From Myxococcales bacterium (GTDB taxonomy: Bacteria; Myxococcota_A; Polyangia; Palsa-1104; JAEUJZ01): a DNA stretch of 64,000 nucleotides. Every line of letters begins with the position of its first letter. Position 1 is the first letter of the stretch. This document shows, piece after piece, positions 60,822-64,000 of the stretch. The stretch is from assembly GCA_016794465.1 (NCBI GenBank), contig JAEUKA010000053.1, positions 83,999-147,998 on the forward strand. The letters are read 5' to 3'. Position numbers and translations under genes: made by a program. Under the pieces are notes generated by a model, which was not told where the DNA came from, searched no databases, and worked only from the letters and a program-made list of their open reading frames with translations.

Positions 60822-62113
60822 AGACCGTCGCCGAGCTGCTTGCCGCCCGCTATGGACTGCTGTTTGCGGGACACAACGTCGATCTGCTGGAGCGCGGCCT
60901 TGTGCGGCTGGCCGACTCGCTGGGGCTCTCGCTGGAAGTGCTGTGCAGTCGGCTCGCGACGGATGACCCCAAGGCCGAGCTGTGGCAGCGGCTGATTGGT
61001 ACTGTCACCGTCAATGAAACCTACCTCTACCGACATCCGGAACAGCTACAGCTGGTGCTTCAGCGGCTGGTTCCGGAGCGGCTCGGGACCGGTCAGCGCA
61101 GCCTGCGCGCCTGGAGTGCTGGCTGTGCGACGGGTGAAGAGGCCTACTCGCTGGCGATGGTGATGCGCTATGCGGCGCCGGGCTGCGAGATCTCGGTCCT
61201 GGGTACGGATATCAGTGAGCCGGCACTTGCCGTCGCCCAGCGGGGAAAGTATGGCCCCAACTCCCTGCGCGAGCCGATTCCGCCGCTGCTTCAGCAAGCC
61301 TATCTCTTGCCCACCACCGACGGTTCTGTCGAGGTCAGCCTGAGCATTCGCGAGCTGGTCGAGTTTCGCCGCGTCAACCTCATCGATCCTGAGCACTTGG
61401 CGACGGTGCCGAGCGGCTTCGACATCATCTTTTGCCGCAATGTCCTCATTTACTTCACCCCGGAGCACAGTCGGCAGGTCTTGATGATGCTGCGCGATCA
61501 CCTGGCCGACGGTGGAGTGCTGGTGCTCACGGCGCTCGATCAGCGCGAAAAGATCCCCGGTCTGGAGCCGCTGGTCCTAGACGGTGTGCCGGTGCTGCGA
61601 CGGAGTGAGCCACCGCGTGTGCCGCCACTTCCAAGCCGCCGTGAGCCGCCTACCGCCACTTCGGCTTCTGCTTCGTCGTCGCAGCTGCGCCTGTCGGTAC
61701 TGTCCATCGATCTGGCCGAGCGCGCCGCCGAGGTCAAAGCCGCTGCCGATCAAGGCGATCTGGCGCGAGCCACCCAGCTGGCGCGACGGCTGCTACAGTC
61801 GGATCGAACGCCGGAAGCGCTGCATCTTTTGGCAATGATCCTGAGTGAGCAAGGCAAGCACGCGGAAGCCGAGCAGCTGCTGCTCGAAGCGCTGAAGTCG
61901 AGTCCCAGCTATGTGCTGGGTCACTTGAGCCTCGGGCTGCTCGATCGACCGCAGCATCAAAGATGGCGTGGGGCTCAGCACCTGCAGACGGTAATCACGC
62001 TGCTCAAACAGCGCGCAGACGATGAGATCTTGCACGGTCCAGAGCCGCTGCAGGTCGCGATGGCGCGCCGACTGGCTTCAGCTGGTCTGGCCAACTTGGA
62101 GAGACGCTCGTGA
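60818..62113 (+). CDS. cheR: chemotaxis protein methyltransferase CheR with C-terminal TPR
   Basis: 'LRAWSAGCATGEEAYSLAM', 'IFCRNVLIYF' CheR SAM-binding motifs. A TPR-like C-terminus. Confidence 0.8.
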   Translation: MKTVAELLAARYGLLFAGHNVDLLERGLVRLADSLGLSLEVLCSRLATDDPKAELWQRLIGTVTVNETYLYRHPEQLQLVLQRLVPERLGTGQRSLRAWSAGCATGEEAYSLAMVMRYAAPGCEISVLGTDISEPALAVAQRGKYGPNSLREPIPPLLQQAYLLPTTDGSVEVSLSIRELVEFRRVNLIDPEHLATVPSGFDIIFCRNVLIYFTPEHSRQVLMMLRDHLADGGVLVLTALDQREKIPGLEPLVLDGVPVLRRSEPPRVPPLPSRREPPTATSASASSSQLRLSVLSIDLAERAAEVKAAADQGDLARATQLARRLLQSDRTPEALHLLAMILSEQGKHAEAEQLLLEALKSSPSYVLGHLSLGLLDRPQHQRWRGAQHLQTVITLLKQRADDEILHGPEPLQVAMARRLASAGLANLERRS

Positions 62114-62481
62114 AGAAAGTCCTAATCGTTGATGACTCACCGACTACTCGTGCCGTCGTCAAGGTCTACCTGAGCGGGCAGTCGCTGGTTTTTCTCGAGG
62201 CTGACAACGGCACCGACGCGATGCGACTAGCGCTCGACGAGCGCCCGGAGGCCATCATCATCGACTTGAAGATGCCGGGCATGGATGGCCTGACGTTCAT
62301 CCGTCGAGCCCGCATGAGCTTGGCCCTCAAAGCCACGCCGATCATCCTCATCACCGGCCAGAAAGCGCCCGAGATCAAAGCCGAGGCGATGCGCTGTGGC
62401 GCCAGTCACTTTATGACCAAGCCGATCGACGTGCCGATGCTGGCGAAGCTGATCATGAAGTCGGTGGGGCTGGAGAAGTAG
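62110..62481 (+). CDS. cheY: CheY-like response regulator
   Basis: 'VLIVDDSPTTRAV...IIIDLKMPGMDG...'. 123 aa. Confidence 0.8.
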   Translation: MKKVLIVDDSPTTRAVVKVYLSGQSLVFLEADNGTDAMRLALDERPEAIIIDLKMPGMDGLTFIRRARMSLALKATPIILITGQKAPEIKAEAMRCGASHFMTKPIDVPMLAKLIMKSVGLEK

Positions 62482-62485
62482 CCCC

Positions 62486-63013
62486 GTGGCCGAGGATGTC
62501 GCAACTGGCCTCGCGGAGGTGACCAGGCTGCTCAACGAGCGGGCCTCGCTGCTGGCTCGTCGGGAGCGCGGGACCGATGCCTCGACGCTGCTGCCGCATG
62601 TGGCATTTGCCGCCGCTGGAGAGCAGTTTGCGGTGCCGCTGCAGCATGTCGTGTATGCCAGCCGACTGCGTCACTTGACGCCGATTCCCGGGGCGCCGCC
62701 GTATCTGCTCGGGATCTGTGCGCTGGCCGGCCATCTTGTCTCGGTACTCGACGTGGCGGCGTTCTTGGACCTGCGTCACCGAGGCATTCACGATGTCGCC
62801 TGCTGCTTGGTGGTCAGCGTCGATGGTCGCGAGCTTGGACTGTGTGCCGAGCGACTGCTTGGGATTGAAGACATTCCGTCGACGGCGATCCTGTCGTGGA
62901 TGAGCGGCATCGCGGCGATTCCTCAGGTTGCGACGACGGAGCAGCAGCGGCTTTTGATCTTGGATCTGCCACAGCTACTCCTCGATCCCCGGCTGCAAGA
63001 GGAAAGGCAGTAG
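62486..63013 (+). CDS. cheW: CheW coupling protein
   Basis: CheW domain 'FAVPLQHVVYASRL...PPYLLGICALAGHLVSVLDVAAFL'. Confidence 0.75.
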   Translation: MAEDVATGLAEVTRLLNERASLLARRERGTDASTLLPHVAFAAAGEQFAVPLQHVVYASRLRHLTPIPGAPPYLLGICALAGHLVSVLDVAAFLDLRHRGIHDVACCLVVSVDGRELGLCAERLLGIEDIPSTAILSWMSGIAAIPQVATTEQQRLLILDLPQLLLDPRLQEERQ

Positions 63014-63016
63014 GCG

Positions 63017-64000
63017 ATGGATGACCTGCTTCGCGAAGTCATCGATATCTTCGTCGCTGAAGTGCGCGAGCAGGCCGATCGTATTTCCCAAGCGCTGCTC
63101 ACCATGGAGCAGAAGCCCGACACGATTCCGACGGAGATCGAGGAGCTGTATCGGCAGGCCCACAGCATGAAAGGCTCGTCGGCGTCACTCGGGGTTGATG
63201 AGCTGTCGCAGCTGGCCCACCACTTCGAGAGTGCGCTGCTGCCAGTTCGACGCAGTCGCGGTCAGCTCACCGCCGAGATGGTCGACTTGGGACTGCGGGC
63301 GATGGATGCCGCCAAGCTGCGGGTCGTCGGGCTGCAGGCCGATAGCGACGTAGGACTCTCGGAGCTGCGGCAGCTGACCGAGCGCTTAGAGAAGCTCTCG
63401 CAGTCGTATTCTGAGCATTTATCGACGGAGCCGACCGAAAAGGCGGCACTGCCGCAGCGCAGCGAGCCCGCTCGACCCCCGACCGAAGAGGTCGCCGAGC
63501 CCGTCTTTCCCGGTCAGTCCGCCGCTGCTGACTCGCCCGATACGGTGCGGGTGGCGATTGACAAGCTGGCGGCACTGGTTCAGCACACCGACGATCTGCG
63601 CCGACTGCGTGGTCAGCTGGAGCGCCATCAGAGCGAAGTGACGACGATGCTGCGTGGCCTGGAAAAGCTGCTGCGCGCGGCGGGCAAGACCAGCGACGCC
63701 ATCATCAAGCGCGGCAGTGAGGAACTGCAGCATGTCACGCGCGGACTGCGGGCGCTGCGCCGCGATCTGCTCGATGACATCGAAGGGCTACAGTCCACCA
63801 CCGGCGAGCTTGACGACGGGCTGCGGGCGATGCAGCTGCTGCCGGCGGCGTTGCTGTCTCAGCCTCTGCATCGGGCGATTCGCGAAGCCTGTCGATCGAC
63901 CGGCAAGGAAGCGCTGCTGACGCTGCGCGGCGAGGATGTCTTCCTGGATCGCACGCTCCTGGAGGCGATCAAGACGCCGCTTCTGCATCTGGTCCGCAAC
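63017..64000 (+). CDS. cheA: chemotaxis histidine kinase CheA (3'-partial, runs off the window edge)
   Basis: ATG at 63017. HPt 'YRQAHSMKGSSASLG'. The frame is open to the window end, finishing in '...LEAIKTPLLHLVRN', which is the start of the HATPase region. Not in the ORF track because it has no stop. Confidence 0.7.
   Translation, partial: MDDLLREVIDIFVAEVREQADRISQALLTMEQKPDTIPTEIEELYRQAHSMKGSSASLGVDELSQLAHHFESALLPVRRSRGQLTAEMVDLGLRAMDAAKLRVVGLQADSDVGLSELRQLTERLEKLSQSYSEHLSTEPTEKAALPQRSEPARPPTEEVAEPVFPGQSAAADSPDTVRVAIDKLAALVQHTDDLRRLRGQLERHQSEVTTMLRGLEKLLRAAGKTSDAIIKRGSEELQHVTRGLRALRRDLLDDIEGLQSTTGELDDGLRAMQLLPAALLSQPLHRAIREACRSTGKEALLTLRGEDVFLDRTLLEAIKTPLLHLVRN

Overview
This is a high-GC (~68-70%) bacterial chromosomal segment that looks myxobacterial (Myxococcota). 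I base that on three things read from the ORF translations: an ElbD-like ether-lipid multidomain enzyme, Hanks-type kinases and a pseudokinase-PEGA fusion, and a Che-like cluster. Coding density is high and operons are tight (4-22 nt overlaps). I annotate about 50 genes, mostly housekeeping or core accessory functions. The recognisable ones include rho, glpK, rsmE, nagZ, panB, a histidine/aromatic ammonia-lyase, a MoxR-DUF58-BatA operon, GGDEF, FtsB, a TonB-dependent receptor, and a response regulator-CheW-CheR-CheY-CheW-CheA cluster that is truncated at the 3' edge of the window. I found no rRNA, tRNA, CRISPR array, transposase or integrase. The one clearly foreign-looking locus is a two-gene P-loop ATPase + HNH nuclease module at 20.2-22.2 kb. 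It resembles a Septu (PtuA/PtuB) anti-phage system. It carries a sharply lower-GC patch inside the ATPase gene and sits in a C-rich leader with three evenly spaced direct repeats. Other notable items: a 1262-aa secreted protein built from roughly 45 degenerate ~21-residue 'h-h-P-L-F' repeats; a perfect 21-bp x 19 tandem repeat (minisatellite) between the ammonia-lyase and panB; a cluster of GC-rich hairpins upstream of the ammonia-lyase; and an AT-rich nested palindrome in a convergent intergenic gap. Many long ORFs on the opposite strand of real genes are high-GC artefacts and I rejected them. All functional calls come from motif recognition by eye in the supplied translations; I ran no searches.
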